DNA from: Candidatus Micrarchaeota archaeon
Lineage (GTDB): Archaea; Iainarchaeota; Iainarchaeia; Iainarchaeales; JAGVWC01
Direction of reading: 5' to 3'
Assembly (NCBI GenBank): GCA_043803815.1
Contig: JAZDJR010000014.1
Location: forward strand, 1-64,000
DNA: 64,000 nucleotides
The translations under genes were made by a program, and so were the position numbers. The notes beneath the pieces are model-generated. The model made no database searches and was not told the origin of the DNA. It saw only the letters and a list, made by a program, of their open reading frames with translations. Shown piece by piece: positions 20,748-31,078 of the stretch. Within the stretch, counting starts at the first letter, position 1. Each line of letters begins with the position of its first letter.

Positions 20748-22163
20748 TCATCGCGATTCCACCAATAAAAAATCCGGGTCCGCGAGCAATTGAAGTACGG
20801 TTCCCAAAAATGCGGCGGCTTGCGCTCCGTCGGCGATGCGATGGTCAAACGTGAACGTCAAGGGCAGAACAAGGCCCGCAACGACCAGGCCGTTTTTGAC
20901 CACGGGCTTTGGAACGATTTTTCCGACTCCCAAAATCGCGACATTGGGATAATTGATAATCGGCGTTCCGAATTGGGCGCCGACGCTTCCGTAATTCGTA
21001 ATCGAAAAAGAACTGCCGCGCAAATCATTCAATGCGATTTTGCGTTCGCGGCAGGCTTTGGCCAGTTCCTGAATTTCAATCGCGAGTTCAAACATGGATT
21101 TTTGGTCCGCGTTTTTAATCACCGGAACTATCAGCCCGTCTTCCGTGTCCACCGCGATTCCGATGTGATAATAATGCTTGAGCACGATTTCGTTCGTTTC
21201 GTCATCCAGGCTGGCATTAAAAATCGGGTATTGCCGCAAAGCAACTACGACGGCTTTGATAATGAACGGCAAAAAAGTCAGGTGAATGCCGTGTTCCTGC
21301 GCGGTTTTTTTTTCTTTTTCGCGCACCGCAACCAAGGCGGACACTTCGATTTCGTCCATGGCGCTGACATGCACCGCGGTGTGATAAGAAACGGATACCT
21401 TCTCGGAAATCGTCTTTCGGATTCCTGCCAGGGGAATCCGTTCTTCCAACCCGTGTTTTTCGTCCGACAATGTTCCGCCTTGTTTTGGAACAGCCATTGA
21501 AACCGACGGAACGGTTGCTTGTCCGCCAAAGGACCGCACGTCCGCATCCGTGATTCGGCCGCCGGGTCCCGTGCCGCGGATTTTATTCAAATCGATTCCT
21601 AAGGTTCGGCCGAGTTTTCGCGTATGCGGCAAGGCGCGGACGCCCAGGGGGCTGACCGAAACGGAACGTGAATTTGAAAATAAATCCGATTTTTGAAGCA
21701 ATGCGCGTGCCGCGGAGTCGGAATCCGATTTTACTGAATTTGAATCAATGCTTGATTGTGTCTTTGCCTGCAAATTCTTTGGGCTTGTTTTTTGGTTCGG
21801 CGATTCTGTTTTTGAAATCAAATCGGATTGGATCGCAGCCGCTTCGGTTTTTTTTTCCGTTTTCGAGGCCGTTGGTTCAATCGCCGCGGCTTTTGGCTGG
21901 TCTGTGGCCGCAAATATTTTTTCCCCTTTTTCCCCGATGGTTGCGATTACCTGGCCGACTTTGATTTTGGTTCCCGCGGCAACGTGCAATTTGAGCACGA
22001 CCCCTGCAATCGGGGAAGGCAGTTCGACGACCGCCTTGTCGGTTTCCACTTCGCAAATCGCCTGGTCCTGCCTGACCAAGCCGCCTTCCAAAACGAGCCA
22101 CTTGAGCAGTTCGCCCTCGGTAATCCCTTCGCCGACATCCGGAAAACGAAATTCAACCGCCAT
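20748..22163 (-). CDS. pdhC: 2-oxoacid (pyruvate) dehydrogenase E2, dihydrolipoamide acyltransferase
   Basis: Lipoyl domain EVETDKA, E3-binding GTGPGGRI, catalytic DHRIADGA. Confidence 0.93.
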   Translation of the reverse strand: MAVEFRFPDVGEGITEGELLKWLVLEGGLVRQDQAICEVETDKAVVELPSPIAGVVLKLHVAAGTKIKVGQVIATIGEKGEKIFAATDQPKAAAIEPTASKTEKKTEAAAIQSDLISKTESPNQKTSPKNLQAKTQSSIDSNSVKSDSDSAARALLQKSDLFSNSRSVSVSPLGVRALPHTRKLGRTLGIDLNKIRGTGPGGRITDADVRSFGGQATVPSVSMAVPKQGGTLSDEKHGLEERIPLAGIRKTISEKVSVSYHTAVHVSAMDEIEVSALVAVREKEKKTAQEHGIHLTFLPFIIKAVVVALRQYPIFNASLDDETNEIVLKHYYHIGIAVDTEDGLIVPVIKNADQKSMFELAIEIQELAKACRERKIALNDLRGSSFSITNYGSVGAQFGTPIINYPNVAILGVGKIVPKPVVKNGLVVAGLVLPLTFTFDHRIADGAQAAAFLGTVLQLLADPDFLLVESR

Positions 22164-22267
22164 GTGCATCACTCTTTTTTCCCAGGTTTTTTTTGCTGGA
22201 CAAGCAAAAAAAAGCTGCCGGGGAACTTGAATTCATCCGCCATTTTTTCACCCATTAAATTTAATTT

Positions 22268-23248
22268 TTATTTTTCCATTGCGTCTTTGATTGCAAGCGC
22301 GATTCGCTTTGCGCTTGGAATGTATTCTTCCTCGGTTTTATAATATGGCATAATCGTATCATAGCCCGTTACGCGCATGATTGGCGCGGCCAAATCGTAA
22401 ATGTTTTCCTGGCAGATGCGGCCTGCAATTTCGGCTCCGACTCCGAGTGTCTGGGGCGCTTCGTGCACAATAACGAGCCGGTTGGTATGCAAAACGGATT
22501 GCCGAACCGCTTCAAAATCAATCGGCGAGAGAGTCCGCAAATCGATTACTTCGCACGAAATATTTTTTTCCTGTTTGGCCAGTTCCGCGGCTTCCATTGA
22601 GGGGCGCACCATGGTTCCGTACGTGACAATCGTAACGTCTTTTCCTTCGCGGCAAAGCCTTGCTTTTCCCAGCGGAATTTCGTAATAATCTTCGGATACT
22701 TCTTCCTTGAACTGGCGATACGCTTTTAGCGGCTCGAAAAAAATAACGGGGTCGGGGTCCTTAATCGCGGACAATAAAAGCCCTTTGGCGTCCGCGGGGC
22801 AGGAAGGCATTGCCACTTTGAGGCCCGGCGTGTGGACAAACAATCCTTCCATGCTTTCGGAGTGATGTTCCAAGGCATGGACTCCGCCCGAGCACGGCGC
22901 GCGGACTACCAAGGGGCAGGAATATTTTCCCTGCGAGCGGTTGTGCATGCGCGACGCATGACTGATTAACTGGTCAAACGCGGGATAAATAAAGCCCGAA
23001 AACTGGATTTCGGCCACGGGGTGAAATCCGGCAACCGCAAGGCCGATTGACGCGCCCACAATCCCGCTTTCGGACAGCGGCGTGTCAAATACGCGGCTGG
23101 CTCCGAATTTTTTTTGCAGGCCGTCGGTTACGCGAAAGACGCCTCCGTCTAACCCGACATCTTCCCCAAGCACGAGAACAGTTTCGTCTTTTTGCATGGC
23201 ATTAAACAAGGCGGAGTTCAATGCCTGAACCATGTTCATTTGCGTCAT
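22268..23248 (-). CDS. pdhB: 2-oxoacid (pyruvate) dehydrogenase E1 beta
   Basis: GEDVG..GGVFRVTDGL, DTPLSESG, EHHSES; AGGAG RBS before ATG 23248. Confidence 0.93.
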   Translation of the reverse strand: MTQMNMVQALNSALFNAMQKDETVLVLGEDVGLDGGVFRVTDGLQKKFGASRVFDTPLSESGIVGASIGLAVAGFHPVAEIQFSGFIYPAFDQLISHASRMHNRSQGKYSCPLVVRAPCSGGVHALEHHSESMEGLFVHTPGLKVAMPSCPADAKGLLLSAIKDPDPVIFFEPLKAYRQFKEEVSEDYYEIPLGKARLCREGKDVTIVTYGTMVRPSMEAAELAKQEKNISCEVIDLRTLSPIDFEAVRQSVLHTNRLVIVHEAPQTLGVGAEIAGRICQENIYDLAAPIMRVTGYDTIMPYYKTEEEYIPSAKRIALAIKDAMEK

Positions 23249-23291
23249 GCATTTGCTCCTTTTTGGTCTATATCGCTTATCGGCCGTCCGT

Positions 23292-24374
23292 TCACGGTGC
23301 TTCCTCCAGCCGTTTTTTGGTAATTTCAAACCTGTTTTTTTGCTTTAAAAATTCTTTCGGCGGATTCGCGTACAAAAACTCGAACATGCGGCCAGGGTTT
23401 GGCTTTGGCCAGTTCAGGTAAACCGCCGCCTTTTTTTCGATTTCTTCGCGGACCGCCAAGCCGACTTTTTCAAAATAAGAATCGCTTCCCAGTTTTTTTT
23501 CTTTCAGGAACGATTCGAACCGCTTAATGGGGTCGCGGTCTTTCCAATACGCGACTTCTTTTGGAGTGCGGTAGCGCGTCGCGTCATCGGCCGTAGTGTG
23601 GTCGGCCATGCGGTAGGTCATCAGTTCGATGAATGTTGGGCCGCCGCCGAGGCGCGCCTTGTCCGCCGCATACTTGACCGTGCGGTACACTGCCAATACA
23701 TCGTTGCCGTCCGCCTGAATTCCTTCCATTCCGTAACCCAGCGCTTTTTGCGCCAAAGTCTGCGAATGGGACTGGAGCGAACGCGGAACGCTGATGGCCC
23801 ACTGGTTGTTCTGGCAGACAAAAACGCAGGGCACCTGAAAAACCGAGGCAAAATTAAGCGCTTCGTGGATATCGCCTTCGCTGGTCGCGCCGTCGCCGAA
23901 AAACGTTGCGCAGACTTTTTTTTCGCTACGCAGTTTGAACGCCCACGCGATTCCCGCCGCGTGCAAAGGCTGCGTTCCGACGGGAATCGAAATCGGCAGG
24001 TTGTTGGTGGTTCCGAATTTGTTTCCGGTCTCGTCCCCGCCAAACACCAGTAAAATTTCTTCCATTTGCACTCCGCGCGCCAATAGCAGCGCGTTTTCGC
24101 GAAAACTGGGAACCAGCCAGTCTTCGGGTTTTAAGGCCATGGCGGCTCCGACCTGGGCTTCTTGCCCTAAAATTTGCGCAAATGTTCCGACGCGCCCCGA
24201 ACGCTGGAGTTTGAGACACTTGTCGTCGAATTGCCGGCCCAAAACCATCCAGTAATACAATTGCTTGAATTGCTCATCGGTCAGTTTGGGCAATAGTTTT
24301 TCATCCGCCAAACCGTCTTTATCCAGCACCTGTACAAATTCGATTTGGCCCGAAAAGACCGTTTTTTTTGGCAT
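23292..24374 (-). CDS. pdhA: Pyruvate dehydrogenase E1 alpha
   Basis: TPP-binding GDGATSEGD..NNQWAIS and TYRxxDHTTADD; start set at ATG 24374. Confidence 0.93.
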   Translation of the reverse strand: MPKKTVFSGQIEFVQVLDKDGLADEKLLPKLTDEQFKQLYYWMVLGRQFDDKCLKLQRSGRVGTFAQILGQEAQVGAAMALKPEDWLVPSFRENALLLARGVQMEEILLVFGGDETGNKFGTTNNLPISIPVGTQPLHAAGIAWAFKLRSEKKVCATFFGDGATSEGDIHEALNFASVFQVPCVFVCQNNQWAISVPRSLQSHSQTLAQKALGYGMEGIQADGNDVLAVYRTVKYAADKARLGGGPTFIELMTYRMADHTTADDATRYRTPKEVAYWKDRDPIKRFESFLKEKKLGSDSYFEKVGLAVREEIEKKAAVYLNWPKPNPGRMFEFLYANPPKEFLKQKNRFEITKKRLEEAP

Positions 24375-24498
24375 CTTAAACTCCGCTAAGAATACGAAAA
24401 GCGAGTTTAAAAAAAAAGCGGTAACGCTTGTTTTCTTTAAAAACCGGTTATACCGCTGGTTTAAAAAAAACGAAAAACAGGTTAAATTCAAGCGGATG

Positions 24499-24684
24499 CT
24501 AAAACGGCAGGTTGGGCGGAGCATTTCCGTCGCCTTCGTTTTGGGGCGGCGGTTGTGGAATCGTGGTTGAGTCCGGCGTGTTGGGATTGCCCGAACCGCT
24601 CGGATTATTGTTGCCTGAATTAATTTGTGTGCACCCCATTAACAACAATCCTAAAATCAACAGTGCGATCAGGATTTTTTTCAT
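24499..24684 (-). CDS. Small lipoprotein with low-complexity N/P/G tail
   Basis: MKK + hydrophobic stretch + LMGC lipobox; GGAG RBS. Confidence 0.7.
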   Translation of the reverse strand: MKKILIALLILGLLLMGCTQINSGNNNPSGSGNPNTPDSTTIPQPPPQNEGDGNAPPNLPF

Positions 24685-24700
24685 TGGCTCACCTCTTTAT

Positions 24701-27700
24701 TCAATTTGTCAAATCAATTACCGGCAAGGCGGGCGGCGTAAGGTTTTCCCCTTCCGTTCCTGAAAATTGGCAGGAATCGCTGCTGTACACCACAACTGCC
24801 TTTCCAAAGAATTCCGAGGAAAGGCGGACCCCCTTGAGATTAATCCATTGTCCGTTGGAGTATGCGAAAGCCACCCTAAGTGGACAACCGAGCTCAAAGG
24901 GAGTTTTTCCGTTCATGGGGTCCTGCAAGTATGCCACAAAGTTCCAGCCCGGCTCCAAAGGCTTGGCTTCTTTAAGAAATTCTTTGTCCAAATAAACCGC
25001 TTTCACTTCACAGGCATTGCCCTTGTTGTGCAACCAGTAGGCGTGATGCGGCTGCGGGTCTTTTACATTGACAAATTTTCCATCAACATATTCGAACAAC
25101 CTGAATAGCGTGGAATCACAATCGCTTCCTTTCACTTCTATGTTCGGAATGCTGAACAAACTCCATCCCTTTTCAAGATTGATTACGAACGTGTCGGAGG
25201 GCGTGTCTTTCTGGTTCACAACCAGAACCGCACGGTCATAGGAAAGGTCCAACAAAGTTATTTCGTATCCCTGGTAGAAAGCCTTTTCTCCAACCGTCAG
25301 GTCGAATACCTCGTTGCCGGGTGGCATGGTTCCTTGGACAGTGGAATTCTCCCCCGCGGTCGTAATAATCTTGTTGGTAATCGCTTGCTTGATGATTTCT
25401 CCGATTTGCGCAATGTCCGTGCTTCGAATCTGGTTCAATTCTTTTTGCGGAACAATTGCATTTCCATAAATGGAGCGGACCGCAATGCTCGCGGTTGGTT
25501 TTTGGTTGAGGCATTTTTCAATCGTTGTTGAATCGTTTTTTTCCGTTTCTTTGCATTTGGATTGCTGAATGTTCAGCAATTGCACTTGAAGGTTTGCGTT
25601 CATGATGTTCGCAGTTCCACCAATCAGCAATTTGAATTGTTCACCCAACAAAACGTTTTGGGTTCCGCTTTCATCCTTGGAAACAACCCAACGGGTGATT
25701 CTGGATTTCCCAATCCATTCAATGAAATTGAATTGCAGTCCAAAGGCGCTGAAACTGCTGCCGGGTTTTACCTTGATTTGCATGGCCGGAGAAGTTCCGT
25801 TTGAATTGTCTTTTTTGAAAACCGTTGCTTCAACGGTAAAGCCTTCGTTGTTGTTCAGGCGCAGGAAAACATTCTCCCCGACAACCTGTGCAGTCTGTTC
25901 AATGCCCAGTTTGAATTCTTCGTTCAAGTAAACCGGCACATTTTGTTCTCCGGTTTGTTTTGAAACCACAAAGGCCCCAACCGAATCGTCCGCATATGCC
26001 AATCGGACAGTGTAGGGGCCGATGTTTGTGCTTTCTCCCGCAGTCAAAACAGTCACCATTCCAACGCCGGTTGATGCACAATTCTGATTGCTGGCGCAGG
26101 GCGTTGGCTGCAGGGACAATTCCACTTTGGCAATGGTTCGTGCAAAGCACTTTTCGTTTTCAGCGCATTTCGAATCCGTAGCGGATAATCCAAGCAAGGA
26201 AACCTTGAGGGTTTCTCTTCCTTCGTCCATTACATAGGCGGTTCCATATTGCCCGAGCTTGAACAATTCGTCCAATTTGACTCTTAAAAAGTTTTGTTCG
26301 GAATCCTGTTTGACAACCATTTCGGCAACCATCGGTCCCTTGGGTTCCTTTGCTTTCACCCAATTGACTTCCACGGTTTGGCCAAACAATTGCGCGGAAT
26401 GCTGGGGATTGACCTTGTAATAACCGCCATAGGGAACGTCCGCAATGGAAACCGGCCTTTCGGAGGAAATGGATGGAACCGCAATCGGTTTTCCAATCGA
26501 AGCACGGGTTGGTTGTGCGACCGTATAAACTTTTTCTGCTATAATCGATTCTCCGATTCCGGAAATTACCCTTCCGGTAAGCGGTGAAACGCTTTGTTTC
26601 CGTGTCGCGTATTTTTCGGCCAAGGCATAAACCGGTTGCATGGCTTCAAACACCACGGTTTCGTTTTCCGGATACATGTTTGCAATGCGCAAATTCAATC
26701 CGGTTTCTATTACCACTACCCGGTCTCCTGGTTGCACGCGAAAAGGAACGCCCAGCGAAACCTTTTGGTATTCGCCGCTTCCACCGGATTTTTCCACGCG
26801 CATGACGGCAGTATACCTTTTTTCTCCTCCAACAAGCTCATCCAAATAATACACCAATTCAGTCTCATATTTTTCGCCGGTGCGCAAGCTGAATTGGAAA
26901 GTTCCGTTCGGCGTGCTGGCCACGAAGCTTGCAATGGTGCTCTGTTCGCAAGCCGGAATCTTTTTGCAAACCTTGTTTCCCGCGCTGTCAATCGAACAAT
27001 CCCTTGGCAGGATGGACCAATCATAATTTGGCTTGATCATGGTCGTGTTTGCGATTTCCTGTTGCGTAACGGTTTGAACGCTTCCGCAATCGTTTCCAAC
27101 GCTGAAAGAATTCACTCCGCATTTTCCGGATTCCGAATTGCAATGGCTTTCACACTCTTTTTTGGCGTAGGTTGCCCAGGTTTCCGAAGATTTGCAGGAA
27201 GAATCGCTTCCTTCCTGGCTGGTTGTTCCGTCATAACATTCCCATTTCGCGTTTCGGAAGCCGTTCGGAACATTGCTTGGAGGCGCTGGAGACGCTTCCG
27301 GCAACGGGCATTTCGTGCTCGTGCTAACACCTGTCAGGCTGAGTTTTGAAAGGGTTGCTCCTTTCTCCGTAATTAATGCCAGTATGTTTTGCGGCAATTT
27401 GAATTGTTTTCCCACTTGAACGGTAATCGCTCCTTGTCCTCCGCCGCCTCCGCTGGGCTCGGAAAGAACCAGCATCGCGGTGCTTGAAGATAATTCTTTC
27501 AGCGAAAGAATGAATCCAAACACGGATTGCGAATCTCCCTGTTTGAGGGAAAATCGCAGGCCAAGCCCGGAAACCTTGTCCACTGCTGAAAGGTCTGCAA
27601 TAAAGCCCCCTTCGCAAGGCGGACAGGGCCGCCCTTCTTGGCAGGCCTGGCATGCCCTCGAACCAATCCCTTCCAATCTAATTTTAATTTTTTGTTTTTC

Positions 27701-28855
27701 GCCCGAATAATAAGCGCTTTGCCCTGATGCGAGCTTGAATACTTGGTTCAAGCGGATGATTTCGGTTTGGTTTTCGCCTTGTTCAATGCAGTTTCCGTTC
27801 TGGCATCCATTGGGGCAGTATCCCGCGTTGTACCATTGGCCAGTGTCATTGCATTTTTGCGTCCATTGGCCGCTGGAATCGCATTGAACCGTTTCCGGAT
27901 TGCATCCGCTGTTGGGCTGGGTTGTTAAGGAAACAGTATCAAAATAGATTTCGCGGTTTTGTTCCCCAACATCGCGTGCAAACACAATTCCGATTCTGTC
28001 TCCGAGCGGAACAGCGTCCGCTCCGAATGGAACGTCCGAATAAACGCGCTGGGGACTGCTCCAGTTTTGTCCGTCAAAAGAACTGTAATATAAACCCGGT
28101 CCGTTTGAATAACCTTGGAAAAACATGGTTGGTTTGCCGTTGAATTCCAGTACGTTCAATCCGATGTGGGCATTGGTTGTTATTTTTGCTGCGGACTGTG
28201 GTTGCGTCCAAGCGACTCCATCCATGGAAGTAACAAACGAAATTCCCTGGTCCGAATATGAATTATAAACAATAATGAGTTTGTTGTCGCTGGCCTGCAT
28301 CATGCTGGCGTCGAATTCAAAATTATTTCCAAACGACAACTGTACGGCCGGACTCCAGTTCACCAAATCGGTGGAGCGCGTTACAAAAACGTGGTTTCCG
28401 GTATCCGAATAAGTGGCATAATAATAGCCGTCGCGGCCCTGCAAAATGTCGCCAACCGAATTGTTGCTGCTGGTCGGCGTTACCTTTCCCATGTTTGTCC
28501 ACGAAACCCCGTCGCTTGATGTCCAAGTATCCAATCCTTCTGAACCAATCGCCAACAATACCGGGTTTCCGGAATTGTCTTTCGTCAGTGCCTCGTCATC
28601 CCATGAACTCGCAATAAAGGTTTCCTGCGACCAGGTTGCTCCGTTGTCCCCGGAAACCGCGGAATAAATGCCATTCTCTTGACCCTGACCGCCGCCCGAA
28701 TTGTATACAACAACCAAATTGCCATTCGCAGCCATTGCCATAACGGGTTCCTGGTCCATGTCCGCATCCTTTGTGATTGCAATTTGGGCCAATGCCAGCG
28801 AAGCAAACGCCAGTGCCAAAACAAGGGTGAATCCAAGCAAGATTTTTTTGTTCAT
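24701..28855 (-). CDS. Large secreted modular protein: N-terminal BNR/Asp-box beta-propeller plus six repeated modules
   Basis: Signal peptide; SGDNGATWS, SSDGVSWT, STDLVNWS and SMDGVAWT Asp-boxes; repeated LxxxFKL modules. Confidence 0.8.
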   Translation of the reverse strand: MNKKILLGFTLVLALAFASLALAQIAITKDADMDQEPVMAMAANGNLVVVYNSGGGQGQENGIYSAVSGDNGATWSQETFIASSWDDEALTKDNSGNPVLLAIGSEGLDTWTSSDGVSWTNMGKVTPTSSNNSVGDILQGRDGYYYATYSDTGNHVFVTRSTDLVNWSPAVQLSFGNNFEFDASMMQASDNKLIIVYNSYSDQGISFVTSMDGVAWTQPQSAAKITTNAHIGLNVLEFNGKPTMFFQGYSNGPGLYYSSFDGQNWSSPQRVYSDVPFGADAVPLGDRIGIVFARDVGEQNREIYFDTVSLTTQPNSGCNPETVQCDSSGQWTQKCNDTGQWYNAGYCPNGCQNGNCIEQGENQTEIIRLNQVFKLASGQSAYYSGEKQKIKIRLEGIGSRACQACQEGRPCPPCEGGFIADLSAVDKVSGLGLRFSLKQGDSQSVFGFILSLKELSSSTAMLVLSEPSGGGGGQGAITVQVGKQFKLPQNILALITEKGATLSKLSLTGVSTSTKCPLPEASPAPPSNVPNGFRNAKWECYDGTTSQEGSDSSCKSSETWATYAKKECESHCNSESGKCGVNSFSVGNDCGSVQTVTQQEIANTTMIKPNYDWSILPRDCSIDSAGNKVCKKIPACEQSTIASFVASTPNGTFQFSLRTGEKYETELVYYLDELVGGEKRYTAVMRVEKSGGSGEYQKVSLGVPFRVQPGDRVVVIETGLNLRIANMYPENETVVFEAMQPVYALAEKYATRKQSVSPLTGRVISGIGESIIAEKVYTVAQPTRASIGKPIAVPSISSERPVSIADVPYGGYYKVNPQHSAQLFGQTVEVNWVKAKEPKGPMVAEMVVKQDSEQNFLRVKLDELFKLGQYGTAYVMDEGRETLKVSLLGLSATDSKCAENEKCFARTIAKVELSLQPTPCASNQNCASTGVGMVTVLTAGESTNIGPYTVRLAYADDSVGAFVVSKQTGEQNVPVYLNEEFKLGIEQTAQVVGENVFLRLNNNEGFTVEATVFKKDNSNGTSPAMQIKVKPGSSFSAFGLQFNFIEWIGKSRITRWVVSKDESGTQNVLLGEQFKLLIGGTANIMNANLQVQLLNIQQSKCKETEKNDSTTIEKCLNQKPTASIAVRSIYGNAIVPQKELNQIRSTDIAQIGEIIKQAITNKIITTAGENSTVQGTMPPGNEVFDLTVGEKAFYQGYEITLLDLSYDRAVLVVNQKDTPSDTFVINLEKGWSLFSIPNIEVKGSDCDSTLFRLFEYVDGKFVNVKDPQPHHAYWLHNKGNACEVKAVYLDKEFLKEAKPLEPGWNFVAYLQDPMNGKTPFELGCPLRVAFAYSNGQWINLKGVRLSSEFFGKAVVVYSSDSCQFSGTEGENLTPPALPVIDLTN

Positions 28856-29085
28856 CCAAGGTCCCAACAAAATTCAATTTTTTCCAAATTTTATGTATTG
28901 TATGAAAATTCTTATTTATTAACATGCCGATTTGGAAAGGAAAAAACACAAAAGATTACCGCGGAAAAACCCGGCTGACAAAAGCAGTTACTGCCAAAAA
29001 ACCGGGGGTTTAGGCTGTTCTGGTTCCCGATTTTTTCCGGTTTTAAGGTTTCGTTTTGCGGGAAAAAACGCTTTTTTTTGCCTAA

Positions 29086-29994
29086 TTACAAGGCGCTTTC
29101 CGGCCGGTTTTTCAAAAAAAATTCTGCCGCTCGATAGCTGCTCCGCACAAACGGCCCCGATTGGCAGGCCAAAAAGCCTTTTTCCAATGCCGCCTGCTTG
29201 AATTCCTCGAACTCTTTCGGGGTCACAAAACGCTGTACGGAAAGCTGTTTTTGCGATGGCTGGAGGTACTGTCCCAGGTACATAATGTCCACTTTTGCAT
29301 TTCGCAAATCGTCCATCGCCTCCAGCACTTCCTCTTTTGTTTCCCCCATTCCAAGCATGAGCGAAGATTTGGTGAGCAATTCCAGCCGCTTTTTTTTTGC
29401 CAATTCTTTTGCACGTTTCAAAACCAAAAGCGACTGCGTATAATTCGCCCTTTGGTCGCGCACCTTTTTCTGCAGCCGTTCCACGGTCTCCAAATTGTGC
29501 CCGAAAACATCCGGCCCTGCATTTACCACCATTGAAATTAATTCTTTTTTTCCCGAAAAATCGGGAACCAACACCTCGATTCTTGTTTTCGGGTTTTGCT
29601 TTTTGGTTTCCAAAATGCAGGCGGCAAAGTGATTCGCTCCGTCGTCTTTCAAATCGTCGCGGTCAACCGAAGTCAAAACCGCGTAATCCAGTTTCATTTC
29701 GCGGATTGTTTTGGCTAATTGCTCGGGCTCTTTTTCATCCACCGATTTTCCGTTCACAGCGCTTTTGGTTGCGCAGAAACCGCAACTGCGTGTGCACACA
29801 TCCCCCAAAATCAGGAAAGCCGCGGTTCCATTGCTCCAGCATTCGCTCATGTTCGGGCAGTGGGCCTCCTCGCAAACCGTGTGCAAACCGGTTTTCGAAA
29901 TCTTCTCGCGTAACTCGCCATACTGCTCCGTGGTGGGCGGACGGATTTTGAGCCAATCGGGCTTTGGAATCCGTGTTTTCGCTTGCGGCTCCAT
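29086..29994 (-). CDS. lipA: Lipoyl synthase
   Basis: CEEAHCPNMSEC and CTRSCGFC cluster motifs, C-terminal RSSY. Confidence 0.96.
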   Translation of the reverse strand: MEPQAKTRIPKPDWLKIRPPTTEQYGELREKISKTGLHTVCEEAHCPNMSECWSNGTAAFLILGDVCTRSCGFCATKSAVNGKSVDEKEPEQLAKTIREMKLDYAVLTSVDRDDLKDDGANHFAACILETKKQNPKTRIEVLVPDFSGKKELISMVVNAGPDVFGHNLETVERLQKKVRDQRANYTQSLLVLKRAKELAKKKRLELLTKSSLMLGMGETKEEVLEAMDDLRNAKVDIMYLGQYLQPSQKQLSVQRFVTPKEFEEFKQAALEKGFLACQSGPFVRSSYRAAEFFLKNRPESAL

Positions 29995-30168
29995 TCCAAC
30001 AAAATGATTTTTTGGCAATTTAAACGTGCGGTTGCCGGATAATTCTTGACAATATTTATCCAAAAACCCCGCTATCAACCGGTTAGGCTTTTTCCTTTGG
30101 ATTTGGATACTGCTTTATTAACGCCAAACCAATAATGGTTCAGGATAAAACCATCGGAGGTTTTGAAT

Positions 30169-30981
30169 ATGAATCGATTATACGGATGGCTCTTGGCAGG
30201 GCTTTTGGTGGTTGCCGTAATGGTAGCCGGCGGCCTTGTCAATCCAAGCGGAATTCACGTTTCCTCAGCCGACCCGTTGAATGCCAACGCGGTTCCCATA
30301 ACCGCTAATTTGGCGGCGGACGACTCAACCAGCGCCGAAAACCTGCGCACGATTTCGGTGTCATCCACGGTTGAAGTATCCGCGGAACCCACCAAAGCCG
30401 AACTCTGGTTTTCGGTCGAGACACTGGCTCCAACCGCACAGGTTTCCCAGCAGCAAAACGCCAGCCTGACCCAAAAAGTAATCGCCGCACTGGCCGGCAT
30501 GGGCATCACGGGCAAAAACGTGGAAACATCGTCCTATTCGCTTTACCAAAAAACCGAGTGGGACTCCAGAACCCAAGAAAACGTGGACAGGGGATTTCAA
30601 ACCGTCAACTCGATTAAAGTAACCGTCAACGACCTGTCCAAAACAGGCCAAGTCATCGACCAGGCCGTGCAAGCCGGCGCCAACCGCGTAACCAGCATCG
30701 CTTTTACGGTGGATGACGCAAAGCAAGCCGAACTCAAGCGCACCGGCCTGATCAAAGCAAGCCAGGAAGCCAAAGTCAAAGCCCAAGCCATCGCTTCCGG
30801 ACTTGGAATCGAACTGGACGGCGTGCAAAGCGTAAGTGAAAACAGCTCGTACTACGTTCCCTATAACCGCTCATTTGACCTGGCCCAAAGCGCAGGCTCA
30901 ATGGCGGCGCCCGAAACCCCGATTTCACCCGGCGATGTCAAAGTCAGCGCCAACATAAACGTCGTCTTTAAAATCAAGTAA
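30169..30981 (+). CDS. SIMPL (DUF541) domain protein
   Basis: N-terminal TM; TISVS..V.AEP.KA, IDQAVQAGAN, PISPG.VKVSA.I.VVF. Confidence 0.85.
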   Translation: MNRLYGWLLAGLLVVAVMVAGGLVNPSGIHVSSADPLNANAVPITANLAADDSTSAENLRTISVSSTVEVSAEPTKAELWFSVETLAPTAQVSQQQNASLTQKVIAALAGMGITGKNVETSSYSLYQKTEWDSRTQENVDRGFQTVNSIKVTVNDLSKTGQVIDQAVQAGANRVTSIAFTVDDAKQAELKRTGLIKASQEAKVKAQAIASGLGIELDGVQSVSENSSYYVPYNRSFDLAQSAGSMAAPETPISPGDVKVSANINVVFKIK

Positions 30982-31078
30982 CGGGAAAAACTCCCGTTAT
31001 TTCTTTTTTTTATTTTTAAAACGCCAAAACTACGGTAGAGTGGTAGCAGAAAAAAAGCTTGAAAAAATTGTTGCAACG

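Noticed and set aside
26570-26590. SPLTG motif shared by the 1384-aa protein and the S8 protease
   Set aside because: A five-residue match is too short to separate from chance without a proteome-wide count.
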